A DNA stretch of 56,346 bases. It comes from a virus (lineage: Duplodnaviria > Caudoviricetes). Shown here piece by piece: positions 7,266 through 18,146 of this stretch. Below the pieces are notes generated by a model, which did not search any database, was not told where the DNA came from, and was given only the letters and a program-made list of their open reading frames with translations. How positions within the stretch are numbered: position 1 is the first letter of the stretch; every line of letters starts with the position of its first letter. Where the stretch lies: positions 1 to 56,346 of IMG/VR virus record IMGVR_UViG_3300028733_000004; one strand, 5' to 3'. The position numbers and the translations under genes are program-made.

Positions 7266-7964
7266 ATGAAAACAACAATCGGTATTATGGGGTTAATAAT
7301 CCTAGTAGTGGTTTATTTTTTATTTGTAACCTTTTCCTCTAACAAAAAACTGAAGGATGAAATTGCTATCAATGAAATTAAAACTGATTCAATTAAAAAG
7401 AGTAAATATATTGAGGTAGCTAAACCTTTTAATGTTTACCTAAAACCTGATAAGGTAATTCAGTATCTTCCAGACCCTACTAATAAAAACAGGTATGATA
7501 GTTTGAAACTAGCATATAAACAGATACTACTATTAAGTAATACAACAGGTACATCAATTATAACTAACACAGTTCATGATACATTGAGAATAGCTAACTC
7601 ATTCTTGTTACAATATCCAGAAGCTAATAAACTAATTTCATTTGAATTGAGTAAATCTAGGATGGTTTTACAAATGCTTAGGATAGATGGTATACCAGTT
7701 GCTAACATCTACGACCTAAACCTTGACAACTATCAATACAGGTTCTCAGATAATAACATGACCACTAAAAGGATAGGGCAGTTTCATTTATACCCTTCTC
7801 TGAATTACTCCTACAGAATACTTAACAATCTTCATGACCTCGACTTAGATTTAAATATCAAGACCACTAATTTCATTTATAAAGCAGGTGCTAATACTTT
7901 TTATTACCCTGGCTGGGATAAACTTGGCTATGATATCAAGCTATCCGTACAATATAACTTATAA
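7266..7964 (+). CDS. Membrane-anchored protein (possible spanin-like lysis accessory)
   Basis: N-terminal TM helix; C-terminal amphipathic beta strands ending YDIKLSVQYNL. Confidence 0.6.
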   Translation: MKTTIGIMGLIILVVVYFLFVTFSSNKKLKDEIAINEIKTDSIKKSKYIEVAKPFNVYLKPDKVIQYLPDPTNKNRYDSLKLAYKQILLLSNTTGTSIITNTVHDTLRIANSFLLQYPEANKLISFELSKSRMVLQMLRIDGIPVANIYDLNLDNYQYRFSDNNMTTKRIGQFHLYPSLNYSYRILNNLHDLDLDLNIKTTNFIYKAGANTFYYPGWDKLGYDIKLSVQYNL

Positions 7965-7966
7965 GT

Positions 7967-9469
7967 ATGGCAGTCAGAATAGATACCTCAAAAAAATGGT
8001 TGTCATCACAAGAAATAAAAGAATTATCCACAGCAATAAAGGATGTATTCTTTTTCTCTATGTTCATTTGGGTAGTACACCCCAAACGTGGTAAGGTAAA
8101 GTTTGACTTATACCCTTACCAACGTTCTGTGTTATACCAATTCCTTGCAAAAAGGTTTAACATTATCCTTAAGTTCAGGCAAGCTGGTATTACAGAGTTA
8201 ATTGCAATGTACTGCCTATGGTTGGCAATGTACCATCCAAACAAGAAGATTAACATTATCTCTATTAAAGATACAATTGCTAAGAAGGTGTTAAAGAAGA
8301 TTAAGTTCATGTATAAGAACCTACCCTCTCACCTTCAAACACCAATAATCAATGGTAGGGGTGGCGAGATAGGATCAACAACAGAAATAGAATTCATAAA
8401 TGGATCACTCATCACCTCCATCCCTACCACTGAGGATGCTGGACGTTCAGAAGGTTTATCCCTATTAGTAATTGATGAAGCAGCAATTATTCGATGGGCA
8501 TCTACTATCTGGGCTTCTGCATTCCCGACATTATCAACTGGTGGTTCAGCAATAGTAAACTCTACCCCATATGGTGTTGGTAACTTCTACCATAGTTCTT
8601 GGGTAGATGCAGTATCTGGAGAAAGTCCTTTATCACCAATACGACTTAGGTGGCAAATGCATCCTGAACGTGATCAAGATTGGTACGATGAAATGTCTCA
8701 GGCATTAGGAAACAAAAGAACTGCTCAAGAAATTGATGGTGACTTTTTATCATCTGGTAATTCAGTATTTGACTTAGCAGATATCAAGTCAATCGAAGAG
8801 ATGCTTTCAGAATACCCTGCAATAAAAACCAGATTTAATGGGCAATATAAACAATTCGATTTACCAGACAGGAAAAAACGATACTTCATTGGTGCTGACT
8901 GTTCAACTGGTAGAAGTAGTGATTACTCATCCTTCACTAATATGGATAAAGCTGGAGAAGAGGCCTCTGTATATAAAGGTAGGATGCCTTTAAATAAATT
9001 CAGCAGGTTACTTGCAGATGAGGGTCAGAAATATAACTTTGCCAGACTTGGGCCAGAAACTAATGATGTTGGTATGGCAGTTACTATGTACCTACAGGAT
9101 GAGGGTTATCCAAATATGTACTACTTTACTAAGCTTTTAAAAAAGAAAGGCAAACATAAACCAGAAACAGAACAATTCCCTGGTTGGCTTACTACTACAA
9201 AGAACCGCTCTTTAATTGTAGAAGGTTTAGAAAAAGATATCCGAGAAGACAATGTAATTATCAAAGATCCATTCTTTGTACAAGAAGCCTATACTTTCAT
9301 TTATGATGGTGTAGGCCGTCCTGTAGCAATGGGCAAACATCAAAGAAGTTCATCAGTAGATATTGATCTGGAAGGAGAAACTTATGCTGATGATGATATA
9401 TTTGGGAAATCTATAACCAACCATATAAGGAAAGCCCCATCTAACAACGTAGTAGTTTTACCTCAATAA
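7967..9469 (+). CDS. terL: Terminase large subunit
   Basis: LYPYQ, KFRQAGIT (Walker A), LLVIDEAA (Walker B), STPYG, nuclease IGADCSTG and DDD. Confidence 0.95.
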   Translation: MAVRIDTSKKWLSSQEIKELSTAIKDVFFFSMFIWVVHPKRGKVKFDLYPYQRSVLYQFLAKRFNIILKFRQAGITELIAMYCLWLAMYHPNKKINIISIKDTIAKKVLKKIKFMYKNLPSHLQTPIINGRGGEIGSTTEIEFINGSLITSIPTTEDAGRSEGLSLLVIDEAAIIRWASTIWASAFPTLSTGGSAIVNSTPYGVGNFYHSSWVDAVSGESPLSPIRLRWQMHPERDQDWYDEMSQALGNKRTAQEIDGDFLSSGNSVFDLADIKSIEEMLSEYPAIKTRFNGQYKQFDLPDRKKRYFIGADCSTGRSSDYSSFTNMDKAGEEASVYKGRMPLNKFSRLLADEGQKYNFARLGPETNDVGMAVTMYLQDEGYPNMYYFTKLLKKKGKHKPETEQFPGWLTTTKNRSLIVEGLEKDIREDNVIIKDPFFVQEAYTFIYDGVGRPVAMGKHQRSSSVDIDLEGETYADDDIFGKSITNHIRKAPSNNVVVLPQ

Positions 9470-9481
9470 ATAAATAAGCTT

Positions 9482-10987
9482 ATGGCATTCTTAGGTATCA
9501 ATTGGGATTGGTCATCCTTCTTAAATAGAAAACAACCAAAAAAAGCACCCGACAACAACGACGTTGGCACTGGCCATGGAATTATACCACCCGGTAGAAC
9601 ATCGGTAGCTAACGACACTGAGTACACTATAATGAGTTCTATTAAGGGTATGACAAAGATGGTCACACCTACTTTTAGGACTGAGCTAATCCCACTAATA
9701 AGGGATCTGTATAAGGTAAACCCGGATATGAGCATTGCATTGCAAGATATGTTCAAATTATCCAACACTGGTCATAAGGTAACTTTTCCAAATAATACAG
9801 ATGAAGAAGCTGCTGCAATGACAGAACATCTTCAGAATGCAACTAAAAATTGGACAAGGTATACAGCTGGTATTGATGGTTTGGTAAACAAATTCATTGT
9901 ACAATGCTTAATAGGTGGAGCAGTATCTATAGAAGCTGTACCTAATAGAAAACTAAATGGTTTAGCAACTATCCTGTTTATCAAACCAGAAGAAATAATC
10001 TTTGAGAGATTAAATGATGGTGTATATCAACCATATCAGATAAACAAGAGTGCTTCCTTCATGGGAGAGAAGAATAAAAACCTGGGTGTACCATATATAA
10101 AGCTAAATAACCAGACATTCAAATATGTATCAATGTACAATGATACTGATGAACCATATGGAGTACCACCATTCCTATCAGCACTGGATTCATTAAAGAC
10201 CCAAGCTGATATGAAAACCAACCTTAAGCAAATCATGGAACTTATGGGTTTACTTGGATTCCTGGAAGTTACCATGGAAAAACCCGATAGGTTAGCTGGT
10301 GAAAGTAATAAAGCTTATGAAAATAGGCTAAAGCGTACTTTAACTGCTTTAAAACAAAACATTGCAAGTGGGATGAAGGATGGAGTAGTGGTTGGTTATA
10401 ATGAAGACCATGAATTCAAATTAAACTCTACTACAAAGAACTTGGGTGGTATTGATAAGGTATGGGCATTGAATCAGCAATCCCTAGCAAATGGGCTAGG
10501 TACCAGTGGTACCATCATTGGTGTTAATGCAACAAATTCAGAAGGCGGTGCGGGCATAGTACTTAGTAAAATGATCTCCCAACTGAGGAATATACAAATG
10601 ATAGTAATACATGTACTAGAATTTATCTATTCACTTGAATTACGCTTAGCGGGGTTTAATAATAAAGGAGTAAAGATATCTTTTACAACCTCTACTATTT
10701 CTGATGAAATGAAAATCCAACAGGGACTTGAGGTTAAGATCAGGAACTTAACTGCAATGTATGCTCAGGGCTTAATAAGCCAAGATGACTTTGCAAGGGA
10801 GATGAATCTGGTAAAACCAGCAATGGCTAAACCAAGACCCATAGTACTTGCACCTGGTGCTGGTGTATCATCTCCAGATGCTGCAGCAAAGAAACAGAAA
10901 AGAGAAAAAGGTAAAGATACTTCTGATCGTAAGGTTAGGGATAAAGTAAAAGTAGTACCCAAAAGGAAAGATCAAAAAAACACTTAA
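9482..10987 (+). CDS. Portal protein
   Basis: 501 aa directly after terL; PYGVPPFLSAL motif; basic tail. Confidence 0.85.
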   Translation: MAFLGINWDWSSFLNRKQPKKAPDNNDVGTGHGIIPPGRTSVANDTEYTIMSSIKGMTKMVTPTFRTELIPLIRDLYKVNPDMSIALQDMFKLSNTGHKVTFPNNTDEEAAAMTEHLQNATKNWTRYTAGIDGLVNKFIVQCLIGGAVSIEAVPNRKLNGLATILFIKPEEIIFERLNDGVYQPYQINKSASFMGEKNKNLGVPYIKLNNQTFKYVSMYNDTDEPYGVPPFLSALDSLKTQADMKTNLKQIMELMGLLGFLEVTMEKPDRLAGESNKAYENRLKRTLTALKQNIASGMKDGVVVGYNEDHEFKLNSTTKNLGGIDKVWALNQQSLANGLGTSGTIIGVNATNSEGGAGIVLSKMISQLRNIQMIVIHVLEFIYSLELRLAGFNNKGVKISFTTSTISDEMKIQQGLEVKIRNLTAMYAQGLISQDDFAREMNLVKPAMAKPRPIVLAPGAGVSSPDAAAKKQKREKGKDTSDRKVRDKVKVVPKRKDQKNT

Positions 10988-10999
10988 TAATATAAAGAC

Positions 11000-12478
11000 A
11001 TGTTTGAAGACATATTAGTACTTGGCAATGGCCATACCTTAATAACAGGACATAAACCAAAGGGTATAGGTGAACAAGCTTTATCAGATAGCATATTTAA
11101 AGATGCTAAGGTAGCTGAAAGCCTATCATCATTTGGTTTATTTGGTAGTGGTATGAATTATAATACCTTCTACCCAGACTTAAAACCTGAAGATATCAAC
11201 CCAGTAGATGGTGACTTTATTGAACCAGTGTACAGAATGTTATCTGAATGTATTGTATCTAAATATATGCCCACTGATTTTAGTCAGAACAATGTATTGA
11301 AGAACTCAATGCACCTATTAGTAGGCCAGACAATTAACTGTGACCATGAAACAGATACAGGTAATGCAATTGGTGCAGTAAAGAATGTTATGTGGCAAGA
11401 GTCATATACTGATAACATTAACGGTAAGAAGGTATTTGTCCCTGCTGGTATAAATGGTCTATTTAAAATTGATGCTAAATCTAACCCAAGGTTGGCAAGG
11501 GGCATATTAATGGACCCACCATCCATCCACAGTAATTCAGTAACTGTAAGGTTTACCTGGATGCCATCACATGTAAAAATGGATATCAATCAGTTCTACG
11601 ATAAAATAGGAACTTATGATGATAAGGGAGAACTTATTCGTAGGGTAGTAACTGAAATAATATGCTACATGGAAACCTCACTAGTATCTGCCGGTGCTGA
11701 CCCATTCGCAAAACAGATAAGGGACGGCAAAATTGTATTACCTGAAACTGCTGCAGCAAACAGCTTTTCAGAAAAAACAATGAGCAAAGGTACTAAGACC
11801 CCATCATTCTATATGGATTACAAAGATCTATCCAGGATGGAAACAATACACAATACTATGATATTTAATTATGAAAGGGAAACCAACTTAAAAAACAAAG
11901 ACAATATGAATGAATTAGAACAATTCCTTGCCATTCTATTTGGTGACGGCGTACTTACTTTATCTGAAGGTGCTAAACCTGATAAGGAAACTGCACTAGC
12001 ACTAATTCAGGGTATGGTAACTAATGGCCCTTTAAAGGATGCCGAAATTACTCAGCTTAAAGCTGATAAAGAAAACCTGTCATTAAGTATCACTGCTAAA
12101 GACACAGAAATTGAACAGCTTAAAGCTGATAAACCAGATGCTGCTTTAGTAGCCTTAGGAACAAGTTTATTATCTGATGCCCGTGTTGAAACTATTGCAA
12201 ACTACAATAAAGTGGTTGGTGAAACACCAGATGCCTCTATTGTAACCATGCTTAACAGTGCAAGCCATGAAACTTTGGTAGCATTAAACAAAGGTTACAA
12301 CCAACAGTTAGAAGAAAAATTCCCACTATCCTGTAGCAACTGTGGTTCACATGATGTAAGCCGGGCCTCATCTTCTAAAGAAGTCCAGGAAAGTAATTCA
12401 AAAGAAGAGGTAAAAGATACCCAAACTTCTATTGCTGCATTACGTGAAAGGAAATTCCGGTCAGAAAAACAGAATTAG
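11000..12478 (+). CDS. Prohead protease / scaffold fusion
   Basis: Lies between portal and capsid; N-terminal DH...IG and SNSV...ETSLV..GAD protease-like motifs; C-terminal coiled coil. Confidence 0.75.
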   Translation: MFEDILVLGNGHTLITGHKPKGIGEQALSDSIFKDAKVAESLSSFGLFGSGMNYNTFYPDLKPEDINPVDGDFIEPVYRMLSECIVSKYMPTDFSQNNVLKNSMHLLVGQTINCDHETDTGNAIGAVKNVMWQESYTDNINGKKVFVPAGINGLFKIDAKSNPRLARGILMDPPSIHSNSVTVRFTWMPSHVKMDINQFYDKIGTYDDKGELIRRVVTEIICYMETSLVSAGADPFAKQIRDGKIVLPETAAANSFSEKTMSKGTKTPSFYMDYKDLSRMETIHNTMIFNYERETNLKNKDNMNELEQFLAILFGDGVLTLSEGAKPDKETALALIQGMVTNGPLKDAEITQLKADKENLSLSITAKDTEIEQLKADKPDAALVALGTSLLSDARVETIANYNKVVGETPDASIVTMLNSASHETLVALNKGYNQQLEEKFPLSCSNCGSHDVSRASSSKEVQESNSKEEVKDTQTSIAALRERKFRSEKQN

Positions 12479-12542
12479 TGGAATCAAACTCAGAGAGATA
12501 GATATCCCTTATAAACACTCTTATTAAAAAGAACAAAAAAGT

Positions 12543-13004
12543 ATGAACAATCAAATGACGTTATTGGGGGATATCACCCCAAAAAATGTGATTCACAAAA
12601 ATGAGTCACATAAATTGGCCAATGCTTTCCCTGTAGAAGCGGGCAAAGTAATTGTTGAAGGCCAACAGGTAGTTATACTACCAAATGGTAATATCCGGGG
12701 TTTTGAAGCTGCAGATAATTTGAACCATATCATTGGTATAGCAATCAATGGTTCTGCACATGCTGCTTATGGTGCAAGTTTACAACATGGGCCTGTTGAT
12801 GTTACAGTATTCGTAAGAGGCTATGCCATCACTTATGGTTTTGCTTCTGAAGCCATTAATGCCGGACCTGTTAAACCAAATGGTACACTTGATGCTACCT
12901 TACGTTTCTCCCAATATGCGCAAGCTGAAGTAAATGACCCAGTTATTGCCATTGCCCTTAACCCTGCAGAATTGGGTGAACTTGTACAATTACTAATCCT
13001 GTAA
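12543..13004 (+). CDS. Capsid decoration / cement protein
   Basis: 153-aa beta-rich ORF immediately upstream of the major capsid gene. Confidence 0.65.
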   Translation: MNNQMTLLGDITPKNVIHKNESHKLANAFPVEAGKVIVEGQQVVILPNGNIRGFEAADNLNHIIGIAINGSAHAAYGASLQHGPVDVTVFVRGYAITYGFASEAINAGPVKPNGTLDATLRFSQYAQAEVNDPVIAIALNPAELGELVQLLIL

Positions 13005-13016
13005 CAACATAAGAAA

Positions 13017-14144
13017 ATGGAAGATAATAAAAAAATTGATCTGTCTCAATTGAAGGCAAATGACTTCGTAAAAGAATTCCCACAGATGGTCCAATCATTG
13101 GATGCAGTTAGGGGGGGTAGTGATAAAGTAAAACCAGTAGAACTTTCATTTGATGAATTGGTTCAGGAAAAATGGGGTATATCACAGGATGATGTATTAA
13201 GCCGGGTAGGTATTAACACAAAGGTTGATACCATGGAAAACATTTTCACAATGCCAGATCCAAACATCCGTTGGGTAGTTCCTGAAATTATCCGTACTGC
13301 TATTACATTGGGTATGCGCCAGGCACCTTTCTATCCAAACTTAATTGCAAGTGATCAGCCAATTACTGGGCTATCCGCAATCATGCCATGGATCAATATG
13401 AGCGATGCTGCTCCATCAAAATTGGGGGAAGCTGAAACCATCCCACTGGGTACTATCAGTTATGGACAGAAAACAGTTAACCTGTTCAAAATCGGTAAAG
13501 GTGTAAAAATTACAGATGAGGTAAGAAGTTATGTATCACTTGATGTAATGTCAATCTTCCTTCGTGACTTTGGTATTCAATTGGGTTATGCAATGGATAC
13601 TCTGGCAATGGATACTTTGATTAATGGTAATAAACCAGATGGTTCAGAAGCCGTCTCAGTAATTGGTGTAAAAACTGTTGGTGCAATTGCTTATCGTGAT
13701 TTACTCAGGGTATGGATCCGTTCTGCAAGAATGGGCCGAGTATTTAGTACCATGATTGGTGGTGAAGAAATTGCCATTGATATCCTGGATTTGCCAGAAT
13801 TTAAACAACGTATGTTGGGAACAACTGTTGCAACATTAAACATCAAATCACCGGTACCAAGTTCTTCTGACTATTTCATTCACCCAGGTGCTCCTGATAA
13901 CACAACGTTATTAGTTGATAAACGTGCTGCAATGATTAAACTTACAGCAAAGAACCTTACACTTGAAAGCGAAAGAATTGTATCAAATCAAACTGAAGCA
14001 GTCTATGCAAGTTTGACTACTGGCTTCTCTAAGATGTTCCAGGATGCTTCCATCTTAATTGATCAAAGCAAACTGTTCTCAGCTTATGGTTTCCCAGCAT
14101 TCATGAATATCGACCCTTACTTAAGTGTAGCATTGGGACAATAA
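13017..14144 (+). CDS. Major capsid protein (HK97 fold)
   Basis: 375 aa; VVPEII, GEAETIP, KIGKGVKITDE pattern; followed by a strong terminator. Confidence 0.9.
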   Translation: MEDNKKIDLSQLKANDFVKEFPQMVQSLDAVRGGSDKVKPVELSFDELVQEKWGISQDDVLSRVGINTKVDTMENIFTMPDPNIRWVVPEIIRTAITLGMRQAPFYPNLIASDQPITGLSAIMPWINMSDAAPSKLGEAETIPLGTISYGQKTVNLFKIGKGVKITDEVRSYVSLDVMSIFLRDFGIQLGYAMDTLAMDTLINGNKPDGSEAVSVIGVKTVGAIAYRDLLRVWIRSARMGRVFSTMIGGEEIAIDILDLPEFKQRMLGTTVATLNIKSPVPSSSDYFIHPGAPDNTTLLVDKRAAMIKLTAKNLTLESERIVSNQTEAVYASLTTGFSKMFQDASILIDQSKLFSAYGFPAFMNIDPYLSVALGQ

Positions 14145-14163
14145 CCTGTTTTTTACAAACTTG

Positions 14164-14198
14164 AAAAAGAGGCTGCTAATATATGGTAGCCTCTTTTA
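14164..14198 (+). terminator. Intrinsic terminator
   Basis: AAAAGAGGCTGC...GTAGCCTCTTTT. Confidence 0.85.
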
Positions 14199-14233
14199 TA
14201 CTTAAAACAACAACACAACAAAAATATATTATT

Positions 14234-14626
14234 ATGGCAAAAACTAAAAAAATAACGCTTGGTGCTCAGTCAAGTTATTTCCATGACCCTTACACAAATA
14301 CATCTATCGCAAAGGGTGAAGTAGTTGAAATTGAAGAAAGTAAATTACGTACTAAAAGGATACGTAGTGCAATGGCTTCTGGTCACTTGGAAATTGCTAC
14401 ATCTATTGATGTTGAACTAGATGAACTTGATGGTGAAAAACTTATCAAAAAAATTACAGCTTTAGCAACTTCTGGTAAGGATTCAAAGAAAGCTGCAAGT
14501 GCATTCAACAATGATGAAGTTTCATACCTTTGTGAAAAATTCGAAATTGAACCTGAAGAATCAGATACCAAACAAACTTTGGTAGATGCATTATTCGCTA
14601 AAATTATTGAACAGTCAAAAAACTAA
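14234..14626 (+). CDS. Hypothetical virion-associated protein
   Basis: Start taken at ATG 14234 (MAKTKK); the track start at 14183 lies inside the terminator loop. Confidence 0.7.
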   Translation: MAKTKKITLGAQSSYFHDPYTNTSIAKGEVVEIEESKLRTKRIRSAMASGHLEIATSIDVELDELDGEKLIKKITALATSGKDSKKAASAFNNDEVSYLCEKFEIEPEESDTKQTLVDALFAKIIEQSKN

Positions 14627-14644
14627 TCCTCAAAAAACATAGGC

Positions 14645-15466
14645 ATGAAGGTAGGTTATTCATTTACCAAAAATAGCTTGATGGTTACATTTAGAGATAT
14701 ATCCAGAGAAGTCCCGGTCGGTAGTACATACCACTGGGACTTTGGTGATTCTAATGTAGCCGAAGATGATAAAAACCCGTCCCATACTTATTCGTTGCCT
14801 GGTTTTTATCTAGTAATACTAACAATAACCCCAAATGGGGAAACACTACCCCAAAGTTATAAAGTGGTAATTGGGGTAAGTGATAAAGCAATAACCACAT
14901 TATCTGATTCAGTCTATAACCTTATAGACTTTATCCTCCCAGCAGGATTCATTACACCAACTGATTATGAGTTCACTAAAAGAATTTATATTGAGAAATG
15001 GCAACTATATATACAGCCTCTAGTAGACCATGATATTCCACAAGAAGAATATAATAATGAATTATACTATGAAGCACTAGAAAACCAGCTAATAATGGAA
15101 TTGGCTGTATATGATTGGATAAATGCAGAAATGCTAAATCTAATGGGCTCACTATCCCAATATGGCTCATCAGGATCCTCAGATGGAGGCAACAATGGTG
15201 AAGTAAAAAAGATTACTACAGGTCCTACAGATGTAGAGTTCTTCAGCTTAATTGATACAGCATATAAAACTCTTGTAGCTGCAATAAAAAAGGATGGCAT
15301 AGTAGACGTAATTAAAAATAACCTCTGCATGTTATCAGCAAGGCTTTCCATATACATCCCAATTTGCTCAATGCTTCCTACTGGGGTTATTGTACCAGAG
15401 GTGGCAAATCGAAGAGAACCAGGATTATTGGGTGGACCCAATCCAACATTCCCCATTAGAAAATAA
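14645..15466 (+). CDS. PKD-domain head-tail adaptor protein
   Basis: YHWDFGD...NPSHTYSLPGFYLVILT is the PKD signature; position after capsid genes. Confidence 0.8.
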   Translation: MKVGYSFTKNSLMVTFRDISREVPVGSTYHWDFGDSNVAEDDKNPSHTYSLPGFYLVILTITPNGETLPQSYKVVIGVSDKAITTLSDSVYNLIDFILPAGFITPTDYEFTKRIYIEKWQLYIQPLVDHDIPQEEYNNELYYEALENQLIMELAVYDWINAEMLNLMGSLSQYGSSGSSDGGNNGEVKKITTGPTDVEFFSLIDTAYKTLVAAIKKDGIVDVIKNNLCMLSARLSIYIPICSMLPTGVIVPEVANRREPGLLGGPNPTFPIRK

Positions 15467-15469
15467 GTC

Positions 15470-15949
15470 ATGGACATAAAATCTAGGATCCCAGATTCAA
15501 TGTGGGGTAGGTATAAAAAAATTGTAGTAGACTTCTTAGATAGTGATGTGGGTAAAAAGGTAATAATTTGGAAAAAGGCAATCACCACACCTTCCCAATT
15601 TGGTGAAGACAGCCCAAACACCTTTTATCCTGATATCCAGTTAGAAGTATTGGTAGGGGATAACTTTTTCCGTACCTGGCCAATAAATAGGGCAACACTA
15701 AGTGGAGAATTAGACAACCAAAACTGTTCTATATGGGTATCTGCTAAAAAACTACTAGAACTGGGTTATTTAAACTCTAATGGTTATTGGGCTTTTGATA
15801 AAACCTTAGACAGGTTCATAATAGATGGTATAACCTATAAAACCTCGGGTGATACAGAAACAGCCCAAGCAAAAGATACTTCATTGCTTTTCATGGTGGT
15901 ATTAAAGAGGGAAGAGATTGATAACAGTAGACAACCAATAGCTGATTAA
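15470..15949 (+). CDS. Putative head closure / neck protein
   Basis: Size, position and DRFIIDGITY motif. Confidence 0.6.
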   Translation: MDIKSRIPDSMWGRYKKIVVDFLDSDVGKKVIIWKKAITTPSQFGEDSPNTFYPDIQLEVLVGDNFFRTWPINRATLSGELDNQNCSIWVSAKKLLELGYLNSNGYWAFDKTLDRFIIDGITYKTSGDTETAQAKDTSLLFMVVLKREEIDNSRQPIAD

Positions 15950-15952
15950 ACC

Positions 15953-18127
15953 ATGGCAAAACTATCTAAATACATAAAGAATAACATTACCACAACAGAG
16001 CCTGGTTTTATGCTAGATGCTAGAGTGGGTGAACTAATTGGCCAAGGTGGTAATATACCAACAATCACAGCTAACTCACTAGCCTTTTTTGATAATTTCC
16101 CAAACTCAGGTTTTTATCAAAACATAGGGGCATTGGGTGGTACATACTCTGCAATGTTTAGTGCACCATTCTTAAAACAGAGAGTGGATACCATTGATAA
16201 AGTATATACCAGGTCAATAGATGTATCTATAGGTCCAGGTGCTATAATACCAGAATTTAGGTTATATGGTACAAGCCAACTTTCAATACCAGTACCTGAA
16301 GCAGAAGAAATCAAACTAATCCTTGGTCATCAAACATATACTGTAAATGTAAGTACAGCAGAGAATTTTAAAATAAGTGCTGATGTAACTGGTTGTAGTG
16401 TTGTATTTCCATCACTTGGGAGTGTTTCTAGGTCTATAACCTTTATAATCCCAACCATATCACTACCTATTACTTTTAACGGAGTACTGATACCAGCAGG
16501 TAATACTGTATTTGCCATATATACACTTGGTGTATGGGCAATAGATTCTACAGTAGTGAACATACCAGTAATACCAAACTATTCTGATATAAGTGTACAG
16601 TATAAAGTTAATGAAGACATTACACTTATAGAATTTTCTGGGGGTAAACTGTTAACAACATCACCAACTATATTAGGCTTCTTAAAAGATGACAAGGTAT
16701 TACTCTCAAAACAAAACAATTTAAATGAAATAGGTGTATACCAGATTACAATAAAAACTATTTCCTATGCTTTATTACAACCAATATCTTTAGGCATAAA
16801 CTTAAATATTATAAGGGTAATGGGATTTGGTTCATACCAAAATCAGTTTGATGGTTTTGATACATCTACTATATCTTTTTTAAGACTAGTGGACAAAGCA
16901 GACTATTCAGGTCAAAATGTATATGAAAATGTGGGAGGTGTTGAATCAACTACTAAAGCTGATGTTGAATTATCAAAGAGAGCTGGCTATTCATCCTATG
17001 CAGGATATTCAAATAGTGCTGGGGCTGATGAAGATGGTAACAATATACCTGCAACTTATGCTACTAAAGAGGCTTTAGATTCATCAATAAGACCAGATAC
17101 AATGCTTGTCTATGAGAAGGCTACATTTATATCAAATGATTTTGGTGATATGCCTAAAAGTACATTTGAATTGTCAAAACTTCCAATAAGTATAGCAGGT
17201 ATTATTGGATTATATACTTACCAAAGGATGCAATGGGATTATGCATCTCCACAATTATTAAATGGTAAGGTACTTACCATAAATAATGATTCAATGAGGG
17301 ATGGTGCAACCAATGATCTTTATGTTAAATACTTCACTCAAATACCAAACTTAGCATTAAGTGCAAAAGAAAATATTGGTGTTGCAGCCGGACTAATTTC
17401 AGAATTAAAAGATGGTGTTGGAACAACAGGAGATACACTTCAAAAACTATATAACCTTATTTTAGGAGCTACTGAACAACAGGTTGTTCCGAATATAGCT
17501 GCAAGAGACGCCTTTAATATACCTCGTTTACCATATTCATTATTTGTGGCTGACGACGGAGATGGTAAATGGGCTGTTTACCAGGCCATCACAACAGGTA
17601 TGGCTGCAAGTTTTGTGAAGATATCTGACCCAGACTTATTAAATGCTGTAATGTCATCGGCTCAAATAAAGTTAGCATATGAAAGTAATCCAGATACAAA
17701 TGCGCTTACAAATGCGCTGCTTACTAAACTTAATTCATTAACAGCATTAACTTCAGATCAATTAAAGATACTGAACACAATACCACTTGTTTGTTCAGAT
17801 GAAACAACAGATATTACAGCTTCTACAACAGTAAGAAAGAACAGATATGTTTTTCAAACAGCACAAAGTTTCACAAACATAATTGGGGAATTAATTGTGC
17901 CAGCTGTTGGTGGAACGTTCACTGTCATTGTAAAGAAAAATGGAGTATCTATTTTCTCAACCAATTTGACTTTTAATGGAGGTGCCAATACAACGAGAAC
18001 AGCCACTACACCCGCTGTATTGACTTCTAATCCTATAAGTTTTGCTATTGGTGATAATGTAGAGGTTTTTGTAACTGGAATTGGCTCAATCACAGCAGGA
18101 CAGGGATTGACAATCTATTTAATGTAA
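15953..18127 (+). CDS. Fibre / whisker-like structural protein (mosaic)
   Basis: 724 aa; DEDGNNIPATYATK and GDTLQKLYN fibre-type segments; beta-rich C-terminal domain. Confidence 0.7.
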   Translation: MAKLSKYIKNNITTTEPGFMLDARVGELIGQGGNIPTITANSLAFFDNFPNSGFYQNIGALGGTYSAMFSAPFLKQRVDTIDKVYTRSIDVSIGPGAIIPEFRLYGTSQLSIPVPEAEEIKLILGHQTYTVNVSTAENFKISADVTGCSVVFPSLGSVSRSITFIIPTISLPITFNGVLIPAGNTVFAIYTLGVWAIDSTVVNIPVIPNYSDISVQYKVNEDITLIEFSGGKLLTTSPTILGFLKDDKVLLSKQNNLNEIGVYQITIKTISYALLQPISLGINLNIIRVMGFGSYQNQFDGFDTSTISFLRLVDKADYSGQNVYENVGGVESTTKADVELSKRAGYSSYAGYSNSAGADEDGNNIPATYATKEALDSSIRPDTMLVYEKATFISNDFGDMPKSTFELSKLPISIAGIIGLYTYQRMQWDYASPQLLNGKVLTINNDSMRDGATNDLYVKYFTQIPNLALSAKENIGVAAGLISELKDGVGTTGDTLQKLYNLILGATEQQVVPNIAARDAFNIPRLPYSLFVADDGDGKWAVYQAITTGMAASFVKISDPDLLNAVMSSAQIKLAYESNPDTNALTNALLTKLNSLTALTSDQLKILNTIPLVCSDETTDITASTTVRKNRYVFQTAQSFTNIIGELIVPAVGGTFTVIVKKNGVSIFSTNLTFNGGANTTRTATTPAVLTSNPISFAIGDNVEVFVTGIGSITAGQGLTIYLM

Positions 18128-18146
18128 CATTTAAAAATAAAATAAT

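Noticed and set aside
15067-15621. 184-aa antisense ORF
   Set aside because: Lies opposite two well-supported structural genes; no motif
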